Shown here: piece after piece, positions 1 to 13,500 of the stretch
Numbering within the stretch: position 1 is the stretch's first letter
Layout: each line of letters starts with the position of its first letter
Source of the DNA: Notodromas monacha
Taxonomy: Eukaryota
Reading direction: 5' to 3'
NCBI GenBank assembly: GCA_905338405.1
Contig: CAJPEX010000666.1
Span: 1,741 to 47,197, forward strand
Length of the DNA stretch: 45,457 nucleotides
The notes under the pieces: generated by a model
The model's database searches: none
Told to the model about the DNA's origin: nothing
The model's input: the letters and a program-made list of their open reading frames with translations, nothing else
Program-made: the position numbers and the translations under genes

Positions 1-207
1 AACGATCAAGTTGCGGATCCGCACTCGTGGTTCCCCAGCAAGAATGCCAAGCCGAGCAAGGAATCGCAACCGGGCTTCGGTGGCAAACACTTGTTCAAGC
101 TCAGCAATAATGGCAAAGACAAGCTGCCGCAGAGACAGTTTTCTGACCAGACGGACGTCAGAGGGTCGCCATTGAAGCACTACGAGCTCAAGCAGCTGGA
201 TAAAGGG
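1..207 (+). CDS. Internal/penultimate coding exon of a gene that starts upstream of the window (product unknown)
   Basis: Open frame from base 1 (NDQVADPHSWFPSKNAKPSKESQPGFGGKHLFKLSNNGKDKLPQRQFSDQTDVRGSPLKHYELKQLDK), GC-richer than flanks, followed by gtgaga donor at 208; joins in frame to acceptor ...tttttccacagag|gg at 1089. Confidence 0.4.
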
Positions 208-319
208 TGAGAGTCTCGTTTTATGTCTGACCTTATTGCTGCAGATAACATGTACAGTGACAATTTTACGACAATGCAATAAAGCCACTCCTGTGACCAT
301 GAAACACCTTTCTTTGTTG

Positions 320-2385
320 AAATAAAGTGGCACAATCTGTTGTTTCGATTAGAGTACTGTATAAGAGTTTCAGGAAGTCTCTGCTGAATTGCCAACAATT
401 TTCTTCGATTGTAGCCCTGATTTGGAGAACTTCTTGATCTCCAATGGATATTCATTATGGATTTGTAAAATTTTCAGGATCAGACTTATTATTGTTTGCT
501 ATCATGCGGTTTAATTGATATATAAGCAGCGCTTGTACTGTCCAAAGTAAATACTGTCAATCCTCATTAAGCAGTCAACATTTGTTTGTGAGGTGTGTGA
601 AGAATTCTAAAGGGGGTGGTTTATGTACAAAGAAAGCTAAAATAACATTAAAATCAAGTATGATTGGAAATGAAATTATTTTTCCTCAAGAGAAAAAGAA
701 AAATCCTGAAATGAGTAAATTATACTATGTACTGTACTGAATTTTTATTGTTAGAAACCACTCACAGAAACTTGAATCTTATGGGCGGGCTATCAAAGGT
801 AACATTTATTGGCAGGAGCATATTTGAGTTTTCAATAATTTTGGTAGATGACGTTTTAACGGGTTTTTCAATGCAATTATTATTGGGAAGACTTGTTTTC
901 AAAATAAATTGACGGTTACCAAGGGTGGCGACTTATTTGGGGGGGGGGCGTTAAATGGGGTTCGGCTGTATTTATAGCAGCTAGAGGCCATTGCTCAAAA
1001 AGTCCATTACGTGATGCTTCTACTGTGTATTATTTCGGGGAACCATCAGGGAATGTGATATATTACCTATCTGTATTTTTCCACAGAGGGAATGTTCAAA
1101 GGCGAGCAAAGCAGATGGAGCAGCTGGGCTTGATGCAGACTGGGCCAGGCAGGGAATCTTACAAAGAACTGTCGGAAAGAGAAAGATTTCCGGGCTTGGA
1201 CAAAGATTCAGCCCGGCTCAGCCACCACTTGTCCATGTCTCATCTATCAGCTGTACCATCATCCCACAACAACTCCAGGTCATCCAGGAATTTGCGCTGA
1301 ATACAGTACATTCAAGTTCCCCCCGCCTCATCACCTGCTGACGTGTCTTTCAAACAACACGAAATCTTCTGTGCGTGCATTGCATGGATCTGCCCTAAAT
1401 ACACTTTTTATGAAATAAAGTGGCACAATCTGTTGTTTCGATTAGAGTACTGTATAAGAGTTTCAGGAAGTCTCTGCTGAATTGCCAACAATTTTCTTCG
1501 ATTGTAGCCCTGATTTGGAGAACTTCTTGATCTCCAAGTGATATTTCATTATCGATTTGTAAAATTTTCAGGATAAGACTTATTGTTTCTTTCATGCAGT
1601 TTAATTGGTACGAAAGAAGTGCTTACTGTCCTAAGTAAATACTGTACAGTCAATCCTGATTCCTCAGTATAACCAGTGAAGATTTGTTTGTGAGCTGTGA
1701 AGCGGGTTAAAAGGGGATGGTTTTTGTCAAAAAAGCTAAAATAATATTAAAATCAAGTATTATAGGAAATAAAATTATTTTTCCTCAAGAGAAAAAGAAG
1801 AATCCTGAAATGCGTAAATTATACTATGTAGTATGTACTGTACTCATTTTTTATTGTTAGAAACCACTCAAAGAAACTTGAATATTATGGGCGGGCTATC
1901 AAAGACAACATTTAGTGGCAGGAGCATATTCGAGTTGTCAATAATTTTGGTAAGTGACGTTTTAACGGGTTTTTCAATGCGATTGTTATTGGGAAGACTT
2001 GTTTTTCAAAATAAATTGGCGGTTGCCAAGGGTGGCGACTTATTGGGGGGGGGGCGTTAAATGGGGTTTGGCTGTATTTATAGCAGCTAGAGGCCATTGC
2101 TCAAGAAGTCCATTACGTGATGCTTGTATATTATTTCGAGGAACCATCAGGGAATGTGATATATTACCTATCTGTATTTTTCCACAGAGGGAATGTTCAA
2201 CGGCGAGCAAAGCAGATGGAGCAGCTGGGCTTGATGCAGAGTGGGCCAGGCCGGGAATCTTACAAAGAACTGTCGGAAAGAGAAAGATTTCCGGGCTTGG
2301 ACAAAGATTCAGCCCGGCTCAGCCACCACTTGTCCATGTCTCATCTGTCAGCTGTACCATCATCCCACAACAACTCCAGGTCCAG
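320..2385. repeat. Segmental tandem duplication: unit A 320-1283 and unit B 1417-2385 (~965 bp each, ~1.1 kb period), each containing intron sequence, a G10 run and one copy of the terminal exon
   Basis: Direct comparison: gaaataaagtggcacaatctgttgtttcgattagagtactgtataagagtttcaggaagtctctgctgaattgcc... present at 320 and 1417; ggcgttaaatggggtt..gctgtatttatagcagctagaggccattgctcaa at 949 and 2054; exon copies at 1089 and 2190. Confidence 0.85.
1089..1300 (+). CDS. Terminal coding exon (copy A) of the same gene; Ser-rich C-terminus, stop TGA at 1298-1300
   Basis: Polypyrimidine tract + AG acceptor at 1087-1088; frame continuous with exon 1-207 (phase 1); ORF GNVQRRAKQMEQLGLMQTGPGRESYKELSERERFPGLDKDSARLSHHLSMSHLSAVPSSHNNSRSSRNLR*. 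Confidence 0.4.
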
Positions 2386-2413
2386 GTCCTTAAACGCGAC
2401 TTATGTCATGTAA
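2190..2413 (+). CDS. Duplicated copy (B) of the terminal exon, near-identical to 1089-1300 but with a different C-terminal end (..SRSRSLNATYVM*)
   Basis: Same acceptor context (tttttccacagag|ggaatgttcaa) and ~95% identical coding sequence; diverges after ...aactccaggtc at 2385. Confidence 0.3.
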
Positions 2414-2939
2414 GTTCAAGGGGGGCGGAGTAGTGGACGACTGCACAGAAAGTTTGTTGTGCTTTAGAAGACACGCACGTAACGTACCTAGACGGGATTT
2501 ATGTGAAAAAGTGATCTGTATGATGGAAAAAACCACACACTTGCTTGCGCTTCCAGGCGTGAGACATTTCAGTGTCTCTGTGATTTGCTTGCAATTAATT
2601 GGTTGCCTGAAGGTGATGAACTAATGTTACCTTACGTACCAACCCGCATCTTCCTGCAATGTATAAGGCTGCTCGAGTGTTGTGACTTGTTTTTTTTTTC
2701 GAAGGGTTGTACAAAGCTGTGGTTTACTGCCAACCATATCATAAAATTGCTGAATGTAGTGTGGTTTTAAAGAGAATGACGCGTTGATTTCTGCGCATTG
2801 TCAATCCAATGTTTGTTGCAGCTCTGAATAAATGCTTGGTAACTGACCACATGGGAGTTTTTTTTCAACATGGCTCGTTATAAAAATCTGGGCAGTTAGG
2901 TATTATGCTAAGATTAATCTCATTACAGGCAAACATCTT

Positions 2940-3290
2940 TTGGTCAAACTTCAAGGGACAAGCAAATAAGTTTGAGCTAGGGAAAGAAACATTTTTTGGG
3001 AAAAGAAATAAGAGTAACAGGAAATTGCAACTGGCATTATTCTGGACTTTTAATTGCTCTTTAATGAGTTGATGTGATGCTGAACTTGGAGGGAAGGATT
3101 TGTTTACCCAATTAGTCTTTCACTTCCTTCCAAAACGCATGCCATTAGATATTTCTTGATTTCCTCTTTCCTGTGTCAATGAAATAATAGCCAAAAGTCT
3201 CCAGAACATTGAAATTATAGGGATCCAAGAAGTAAATCCTTCAAGTTAGGGAGGTTTTTAATGCATTGATTATACAGGTGAACCTCAATA
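2940..3290. repeat. Dispersed repeat family R2, copy a (related copy at 23165-23540)
   Basis: Approximately 75-80% identity by eye over ~350 bp with 23165-23540 (e.g. ...aatgagttga..gaacttggagg.aagg.tt..tttgcccaa..., ...gtttcaataaaataatagccaaaa..cc..cagaa...gttatag..., ...agttagagg.gtt..tattgcattg). Confidence 0.6.
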
Positions 3291-4529
3291 ACTCAAACCT
3301 CCCAAAGTTGAATACCCCCTCAAGTCAAATTTTTTCAGATCCTGTTAGAAACAATACATAGAAAACCTCCCTAAGTCAAAGGCTTTTCCCCTCAAACCTC
3401 TTTAAGTCAAATTTTCTGTGGCCTGTTGGCTATGATTTTACACAAGAAATAAAAAAGCAATAAAATTAAAAATTGATGTGTCTGAAAAGCAAGTGAAAAA
3501 CTTAATTGGGCAAATGAACCCCTGCCTACAAGTTCAGCATCCTTTCAAATCAGCCAAGAAGCAATTTAAGCCCCAGAATTCTATTTACAATTTTGGGCAA
3601 TTTTTCTATGTTTCCCAGAACAGAAGAGCTACAGTATGTGTTGTAGCTCAAACATCTATAATTCCAAAGCTCCCTAAGCCAAATTTTTTTGCTGGTCCTT
3701 TGAAATTCGACTGAGAGAGGTTCAACTGCACAAGTATAAGGGAATTTGTAGCACATAAAATTCTGGGCTTCTACATACAATTCCTGAAAATAAAAAACAC
3801 AGAAGTACTATACAGCAATAGTTACTCTTGTCTAAGTAGTCACAAATTGCTATTTGCCACCTAGTGCAAATCTTGGGTCTCCCTTTTCAGAAAATGTACA
3901 AACAATTATGCATTCTGGACAATTTTCCGAGCCAAAGTACTTAAGGTGTGCATGTAACGTAAACCATCGCGTTTAGAACAAAAAACCCCGGTTCAGTGAA
4001 TTTTTCGCACAGTAAAAACACAAATTTCTTTGAATTTATTTCGTAGCATTCATCAATGCGAAAAAAAAAGAGAGACTTTCATTGCACCACGGGGAATGAG
4101 AAAAAATCGTTCCTACTACAGTTCATAATCAAGATCAACATTTTACAAAACGTTTTCGTGTCAAGCACCGGGTAGTTTTGAAAAGCACCTCTATATATAA
4201 ACTGAAACCCGCGTCTTATTTTATAAACAAGACAAACAAAAGAGGTCTCCAAAATTACGTCACCGCCATTGTCGATATTGCAACAGTGTCCGCTGAACAT
4301 TCGATGAAAAGATTATACCCCATGAATGGCCACCGGTCAGATCAGTTCCCAGCACAGAGAGAAAGAGGAAAAAAAAGACTTTTCACTTTTTCGACAGCAG
4401 AGCTCGATGACGGAAGGCAGTTTCCTGGATCTCGTTGTAAGATGCGATCAGCAACAACTATACACAAAAACAAATTTAGCATGAAATTCACTGCATGTAC
4501 TCAGATTAATTTGAATTCATGAGAAAATA

Positions 4530-7500
4530 AGAACCACTTACAAATCCAACAGTTGAAACTAAGATAGTTCCACCATACAATAACCACGGCCTGAAGATAA
4601 GAGCTGCTCCAAGAGTGGGACCAATCAGAAGCCCAATCAATGAGAAACATCTTCTGATGCCCATTGCCATACCTGCACAAAACCCGTTTATAATTGATAC
4701 CAGAACAAAAATATCTAAATATTTCCTCCCAAGTACTGGAATTCAAAATATGAATCAAGATGAAAGTAGACGTCGTTCTTCTCCAAATACATGCACAAGA
4801 CTAAAAAAAATTTAACGCACACAGAGAAATGGATTACGCAAAACATTGAAAGCAGTCCTGCCATAACTTCTTAACAATAAAAATGCCTCTCTCCACAGAA
4901 AATTTTACTAAAGAGAAAGTGAAATTTCCACAGGTGGACTCTTGCTACAATTACCTTGTCTATACAAGAATTCTCTCTGCAAAAAAATAATTTTTTTGGT
5001 CTCAAATATAGGGTTATTCCGCCCTGTTTTAGGGTTCTCCACAACGAAATTGTATCTGCAAAGATTTTTCCTGGCCCCTTTAATTTCATTGTAGAGAGAG
5101 TCCACCTGCATACTCATGGTAAAGAGCATACATGTATACAGTGCAGTATATCTGTTGTTTTAATTTAGTAAAAAAGAATGGGATCAAGTGGGAAACTCAA
5201 GAGCGCTCAGCACAGAAGCGATCGCATTTAGTTTCACTTCACAGTACAGTGAGACCCCCACATGCGGACGACTCGACCTGCGGACGATTAGACCTAGGAC
5301 ACTTATTTTACCATTAAAAAATCACAAAAAGTCCCAACATGACGACATTGACTCGACATAGGGACATTTTGAAATAAAATTGCAAATAAATTTCAGGCAA
5401 AGTTACAAGAAACAGATATTTCCAACCTTGAAATTGATGTAAGAAAAGTTCTTGGGCATTTCTCTCATCAATTTACCATCCATTTAGCTAATGGAAAAAT
5501 TAATTCCAGCATAGAGGGAGTCCCTTCTCTCTTCTTCACTTGAATGTTATTTTTACAGAAAATGCCAACATTTCTATGTACTGTACAGAGATATCAGTAT
5601 TCAATTCTCCAAATGTACATTTTGCGTTGAAATATATTGATTGAATCAGTTTAAATTGGGAGAAAATTTTTATTTTCATGGAATTAGGGTGAGTATGTTG
5701 TACAAGAAACATCAATTAAAAATTATATAATGTAAGTCTAAGGGAAAACGAGACTTGACTTTGGGACACTCTTGATGCACCAATTACGTCCACATCTCGG
5801 GGTCTCACTGTATTAATCTTTATTAATTTTTCATTCGAACAAAACAATCACAGGGATTAATGAGTATCATGAAAAGTTCAGAGGACATATAATGGTTGAA
5901 AGACGGTTTTGACGCGTTACATATCCAGTATTTCTCATAACTAAAACACGCCAATCAGGTGAAATTTTCAGTCTAATTTTATAAGAATGTTTCAGTTACT
6001 CAAAGTCATTCAATGAAAATCGCGAAATTAACTTTAACATCAAGACAAAATGCGCTGAATACAAAATGACACGCAGTTTTCAGTCGTTTACCGTGTTTCT
6101 ACGAACATACTTTGGCAGATCATCAGATATATACGGTCTCTCGAATTATTAACCTGAAAGAATCGAAATTATCTTAACTCAACTACAGCACCAAAGAAAA
6201 CAGGGCTTGATTCAGACAACTTCTTCTTGCATGAAAACACAAGAAAGATTCCAGTGATGTTAGGTATTGAACTGGAATAAATGTCATACATCTTTTACGT
6301 TATGGAGTTACAGTATTTATTTGTGGGTTTTGAAAAATTTTAAATTGACGTTCTCATGTCCGGAAACGGTTACCTTGAACATCTTCCTCCACTATCAAGG
6401 AAATCAAAGTCGTCACGGAACACACAGACGCAGGATCAGCAACCAGCATAATCCCAGACACGCCGATGAAGGCCCAGAAGTAATCGTAGTTTCCTGCAAG
6501 AAAGAAAAATCCAAAAAAATGTAAAAGAAAAATCGTGCAAGCATGATTTTTTTTTTTTCAAAGGAACACCTGATAATTCTATCAGATAAAACAGTCAATC
6601 ATTCCGTGAGCAAAACGCAATTCGATCAGCATATATAAGGTGATAAGTTCAAAAATACCCGCTTTTGGGGCTAATCATAATGCAGTACTTATTTTTCACT
6701 TACCATTTTTTCCCTGAAATCATATTCACTGCTCGTGACTGATTCCAATGAAAATCGCAGGGAACTTTCAGTTTTCTACCGCCCAAAAAAAAAAATGCAG
6801 AAAATATCCAAGTGGATCACGTTATTATTTCAAGAAAAAAAGAAAATTTCAGTTAAACGCATGCGAAAATAATAATGAGGAACAGATTTCCGCAGGCAGT
6901 TGAAAATAGCTTCAATTCTTCAGGAATATGAATTGAATGACTCGCACATCATTAAAAAAATTATCTAAAAATTTGCCCGTAATGTTTGAACACGTTTAAA
7001 AAAATGTTTCCACCCCGCAAAAATTTGTGAGAAAAAAATGCGAATAATTTCGAAAACGACTTCGAGCCAACTTCCGGTCTGTCTTACCGTATTCCACATA
7101 AACTCCGACAAAAAGATAGCCGATGAATGCGATGATGGTGGATAGAACACCAAAGAGCAGGATGTTGAGTTCAGGCGCATTATGATAACCTTCATCCTGT
7201 TTCTTCTTGTAGAAATCGACCACGAAGAAGAAGGAGATGAACGCCATCAGCATGCCGATGCCGAAGCCCATGAAGATCCAGCTGATTTCTGCTGGCCATA
7301 TTTTCATGGAATTAGGGTGAGTATTTTGTACATGAAACACCAATTAAAAATTATATAATGTAAGTCTAAGGGAAAACGAGACTTGACTTTGGGACACTCT
7401 TGATGCACCAATTACGTCCACATCTCGGGGTCTCACTGTATTAATCTTCATTAATTTTTCATTCGAACAAAACAATCACAGGGATTCATAAGTATCATGA

Positions 7501-10500
7501 CAAGTTAGAGGACATATAATGGTCGAATGACGGTTTTGATGCGTAACATAAATTTCTCATAAATAAAACACGCCGATCAGGTGAAATTTTCAGTCTAATT
7601 TTATGAGAATGTTTCAGTCACTCAAAGTCATTTAATAAAAATCGCGAAATTAACTTTAACATCGAGACAAAAAGCGCTGAATACAAAATGACACGCAGTT
7701 TTCAGTCGTTCACCGTGTTTCTACGAACATACTTTGGCAGATCATTCTCTCGAATTATTAACCTGAAAGAATCTAATTTATCTTAACTCAACTATAGCAC
7801 CAAAGCAAACACGGCTTGATTCAGACAACTTCTTCTTGCATGAAAACACAAGAAAGATTCCAGTAAGGTTAGGTATTGAACTGAAATAAATGTCATGCAT
7901 CTTTTACGTTATGGAGTTATTTACTTATGGGATTTGCAAAATTTAAAATTGACGTTTTCATGTCCGGAAACGGTTACCTTGAACATCTTCCTCCACTATC
8001 AAGGAAATCAAGGTCGTCACGGAACACACAGACGCAGGATCGGCAACCAGCATAATCCCAGACACGCCGATGAAGGCCCAGAAGTAATCGTAGTTTCCTG
8101 CAAGAAAGAAAAATCCAACAAAATGTAAAAGAAAAATCGTGCAAGCATGTTTTTTTTTTAAAGGAACACCGGATAATTCTAGCAAATAAAACAGTCAATC
8201 ATTCCGTGATCAAAACGCAATTGGATCAGCATATGATGAGGTGATAAATTCAAAAATGCTCGCTTTTGGGGCTATTCATAATGCAGTGCTTATTTTTCAC
8301 TTACCGTTTTTTCCCTGAAATCATATTCACTGCTCGTGACTGATTCCAATGAAAATCGCAGGGAACTTTCAGTTTTCTACCGCCCAAAAAAAAAAAACGC
8401 AGAAAATGTCCAAGCGGATCACGTTATTATTTCAAGAAAAAAAGAAAATTTCAGTTAAACGCATGCGAAAATAATAATGAGGAACAGATTTCCGCAGGCA
8501 TTTGAAAATAGCTTCAATTCTTCAGGAATATGAATTGAATGACTCGCACATCATTAAAAAAATTATCTAAAAATTTGCCCGTAATGATTCACACGTTTAA
8601 AAAAATGTTTCCACCCACAACATTTTGAGAAAAAAAAAAGATTCGAATAATTTCGAAAACGCTTTCGATCCAGCTTCCGGTCCGTCTTACCGTATTCCAC
8701 ATAAACTCCGACAAAAAGATAGCCGATGAATGCGATGATGGTGGATAGAACACCAAAGAGCAGGATGTTGAGCTCAGGCGCATTATGATAACCTTCATCC
8801 TGTTTCTTCTTGTAGAAATCGACCACGAAGAAGAAGGAGATGAACGCCATCAGCATGCCGATGCCGAAGCCCATGAAGATCCAGCTGATTTCTGCTGGCC
8901 CGAGGTCGAAATACTCTTGCATGAAAGGCGGAACCACAGCCTGAAGCAACAATTGAAATAATTTTTTAAAACAAATTCAGCAGCATCTTGGTAAGACGAA
9001 GTCATTGGGACCATCAGGAAATGCCCTTCGTTACAAAAAAAAATATTCGTCGTATCCGAACTCAAATTAAATCTTGGATAAACTGCAGCAGGAACCTTGA
9101 AAAATAATCCACGAATTCCTGGTGAAGAGATTTTACTGTTTGTCACAAGCGTTTGGAAGCAAAGGAATTTTTTCTATTCCACAGGAATGCACTTATTTTC
9201 TGACCAGCGTAAAGATGCACTGATTCACAACAAACTTTTGCATTCCATCCAACTTTCGCTGGAATGAAAGAATTATCGCGTATATACGGTAATTAATTTC
9301 CAACACAGTGCATACAATGAAAATAAACTCATCATCACCTCAATCAGAGCTTGACACATGATGCAAATCATTTGCACCAAGAACAACGGCAACAATTTCG
9401 TATTCAGCAGAAATTCTGGAACAAAAGGACGAGCATCAGTATATATGACTGCAACACAAATATAAATTCAAATTTACTTGATTGAAAAATAGAATGACCT
9501 TCAACAGCTGATTCGCTTAAATTTACAGTAAGATTCAATACAAAAAAATAAAGGTGAGCAACAGTTTAAGAAGGAGTCAATTTTAGCTACGTAAATATTG
9601 AATTCGAACTTATCAACAGTGATTTTCCAGAAATTTCAAACATTCTACCACAGATTATACTGTATTTTGAATTTTCGCCCAGGTTAATGAATGCTGCATC
9701 TGCGCACAGCATTCCGACTTATTCCAAGAGTGACATCTATTCAAAAAAATTCCATTCCCTGTGACACCTGGAAATAAATTAACGATCTCATGCATAACAG
9801 TTCCACTAGATGTCATGCGTTAAATCTTATACTGTAAACGTGTCGACGCATGATGACTGGACAAAAATTGTTGCTTAAAAAAACGGCAGCCAAGTAAAAG
9901 CGTTTAGAAAGTAACTAAATAACTAGGCTTTCTTCTGCTCCGCACGCGTCGGCGTACACAAATTTGAAATTTCAGCTCCATTTCAAAAGCATGATCAACT
10001 CGTATTTTCTTGTTTCCATCTGGCATGAAGCGTCTAAAATTTATAGTAAAAAAAAAGCCGAAAAAGTAGATTATGGAAACCACGGTGAATCCGCATTACG
10101 CTGAATTAGAATGTCAAATCCCCATTCCCACCTTTCACAAAGGAAATCTTTCTGGGCTTTCCGTCTGTCGAGGAGCCAGTTGAATCATTCACAGCGTCCT
10201 TGGCTGTGGGATCCATCAAAGGCTTTTTCTCAGGATCAATGTCACCGAACTTTTGCCTGAAATTCACACAGTATTAATAAAATACCCCGGAAATGAAATA
10301 CAAACAGAAACTTGCACCATGTCAAAATTAACATACTTTTTTGCATCAAGAGAAGCAAGATCCGGTTGCGATGTTCCATAAATTTCTCGCATCAACGGCC
10401 GCATGTTGAAGAAGAAAAAGTACACGAATATCTCGAACAGGAAGAAGCACACGAACAGGATCAGGCCCGGCGCTGATTCTTCATTGAACTAGAAGCAATA

Positions 10501-13500
10501 CAAATGAAATCCACGTTTAAAGACGAGTAGATTTTAATTTAGCATTCCAAAAAGAGAAAACAAGAATCCAACATAAATACTGTACAGTACAATACAGTAC
10601 TTCCATTTGGAAAATACGGAAAACATCCGAAAGAGCAAGAAGAGGAGAAATTTTTCAACAAAAAAGGAATGCAAGTATGTACTGTATTTAGGTAGACCCT
10701 TTTTATTCTACAACAATTTTCTCTGTATATGAAGAATTCGTCTTTTATCCCGTACGTAAGGTTCTCTGCCAATCTTGTACGGGTTTTCTACGACAAAATT
10801 CTCTCCAGCACAGTCAATTTTTTCTGCTTCCCTGAATTTTGTTTCAGAAAGATTCAACCTGTATTAGAGCAAACCATAATGTTAAAAACTTCAAGATTAT
10901 AGATTATTCATTTAGTTTTGCATAGATCATGAGCCATGTTCCTTTTTGGTACTCCTTTTTTGCTGGCTCTTCTGATGCTTCTTATGATTGTTGGCTCGGT
11001 CATCAGCTAGATCACAAGAACTTGTCTGTTTATTCACATGCACTGTATTTACAGGAGAACCACACTAATGAGGCATAAGTCATATTTTGGAGACAAAAGT
11101 TGTTCTTTAAAGCGGTGGAACTTGCTCTTCCAAAAAAACTTGTTATTTTGAAGCTGACCTTATTCTTTTGCTATTTTGATGAACATCTCATTGCTATATT
11201 GAGGATTTAGGACAATTAAAGACAGGGTCAATTTGAAACAGGGTCAAATTGAGACAGATACTTTTTGAGACACAGACAAATTGAGACATATACATTTTGA
11301 GACAAAATGACTTGACTGTGTTTCTCCCTATTAATTATTTTATGTTTAAGGTGTGAAAATGAACAAAAATTGCACTGCTTGGTGAAAAGTCCATGATCCC
11401 AGGGTGTTTCTCCTTTTTGTCCAGCTTAACGGTCAAGTGAGTTTTCCTCATCAAGTAAAACTCAAAACTTTGAACCAACCTAAGCAGATTCCTCTCCTCA
11501 TTAAGATAGTTTTTGTCTCAATTTGTCCCTGTCTCAAACTGCCTCTGCCTCAAATTGTCCCCTCATCAAATTGTCCCTGTCTCAAATTGTCCCTGTCTCA
11601 AATTGTCCTGGTCTTGAATTCCCCTTGTCTTGAATTCCCCTTGTCTTGAATTGGTCCTGTCTCATATTTTCTGTCTCGATTTGTCCAGTCTTGAATTGTG
11701 TGTCTCAATTTGTCCGTATCCCCTCTTTTCAGATGAATCTCGCTCTTTTGATAAAAACTGTTAATTTTTAGACAGAAACCTACCTCTTTCAACACGAATA
11801 TCGCTCTTTTGACACAATTCTTAATCTTTCTAAGACAGAAGTTTTTTTTTTTTTACATATAAAACTTACTCTTATCATAAAACCTTGCTCTTTGGGTGGT
11901 AAATCAAGTTAATGGAGAAATTTCAAGAGATATTCTTACTTGAAACAGATGGCCGAATAAAGAGAACTGAAACTCAGGGATTCTCCGAATGAAGATGTTG
12001 AAGCCCGGTGACATCATGATCCCTACTTGACGCAATAGAAACGCACTCGAAAGCACCTTCATCCTCTCTTCTCGGGTCGTTCCTCGAATGATTTCCGAAT
12101 AAATTGCACTGTTCATCCCGAGTCCGAACCCTGATTCAAAAAATAATGCGTCAGGATTAAAAATCAGAAAACATTCTTCGCTTCGAGAAACCCGAGAAGT
12201 CAAAGAAAAAAAACAATAAAAAGCCCCTGTCGACTTACCGTATGTCACTTGCGACTGGATCGGCATAAATTACACGATGTTTTCGGAATGCCCGGAAAGA
12301 AATAAATTTTAGAAAATTGGAAGGTTTCTTGAGATGCGAATAATACAGGTCAAACATAAAATATTGCGATCGAGAAATGGACGCCGATTTTCATGTCTCC
12401 AAAAGATACGACCCACAGCAATCAGCACCAGTAATTTTTCTCGATATAAGCCTAATCCCAAATTTCCCTTTGTACCTTTTCCAAGGTCTCTTATTTCTTC
12501 CAACTGTACATTCTTCTCATTATTTTTCTACCAATCTTTTCAATAAGTCACCTCAGCCTTTCCTATACCGTACAACTATACGTGGCTCGTTGTCATCTCC
12601 AAAACTGCCGACACAAAACTGTGATTTGTTCTTAGGGAATTAATTTTCATTTTCTTCCGATCTCGAAGTTAGAATACTATAACCTCAATAAAGAGCCTCA
12701 GTTGAATCGTACGTATACAAATGAAAAAGGTAACACTGCTGTATCGCCCAAATGGCTCACATTTGAGGATTTGTTCATAAAATTAGATGATCACTTGCCG
12801 TCATTGGAGGCGGACGCAAACTTCTTCCTTTGCTTTTCAATCCTTTATCATAGTGTCCAATACATTTTTTGATCCACTAATACCCAGCTACGGATGGAAA
12901 CAAGAAAAAGACCTTGATAATGCTGAATGTCCTCTATTGCAGTGAAGTTTAATTGATCAAGAGCAGCTGCACTCTTGCATGCTCTGCAACTTTGGGGGTT
13001 ATGTGGTCTGAGTGCAATTGAGTGTTTCTCCAGATTGAGAAAGCATGTTGGTGATGAAGCTCCAGCTAAGCCATGCATCTTTTTACAGATGAAAAATAAA
13101 ACCAATTCAAAAAGAGCAATTTCCACATGAGCAATGCCCTGGGCAAGATATTGCCCATGTGTGGGGGCCCTAAAAAGTGTTTCGGGATCCACCAAGCAAA
13201 TTTTTGGTGTAGCCAAGATTTTAGTACAGCCATGGGATCCATCTTAAATAGAATCTTTTTTTGTTTGGCAAGAATCCTCTTTCATTAGACCCACCACACA
13301 TGAGCAACATCTTGCCCAGTGGATGGTAGGAAATCTTGGACATCCTTCAGATTGGGCATTGCTCGTTTTGAATTTGTTTTTTGTTTCATCTGCAAAAAGT
13401 TGCATGACCTAGCTGGAGGTTCCTCACCAAGAATCCAAGATGCTTTCTCAATCTGGAGAAACACTCAATTGCATTCAGACCACATAACACCCAAAGTTGA

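Noticed and set aside
11500-11720. Short tandem repeats resembling a CRISPR array
   Set aside because: Units are contiguous satellite-type repeats (13-16 bp) without unique spacers, in a eukaryotic intron, and are mirrored by the complementary array at 11221-11310.
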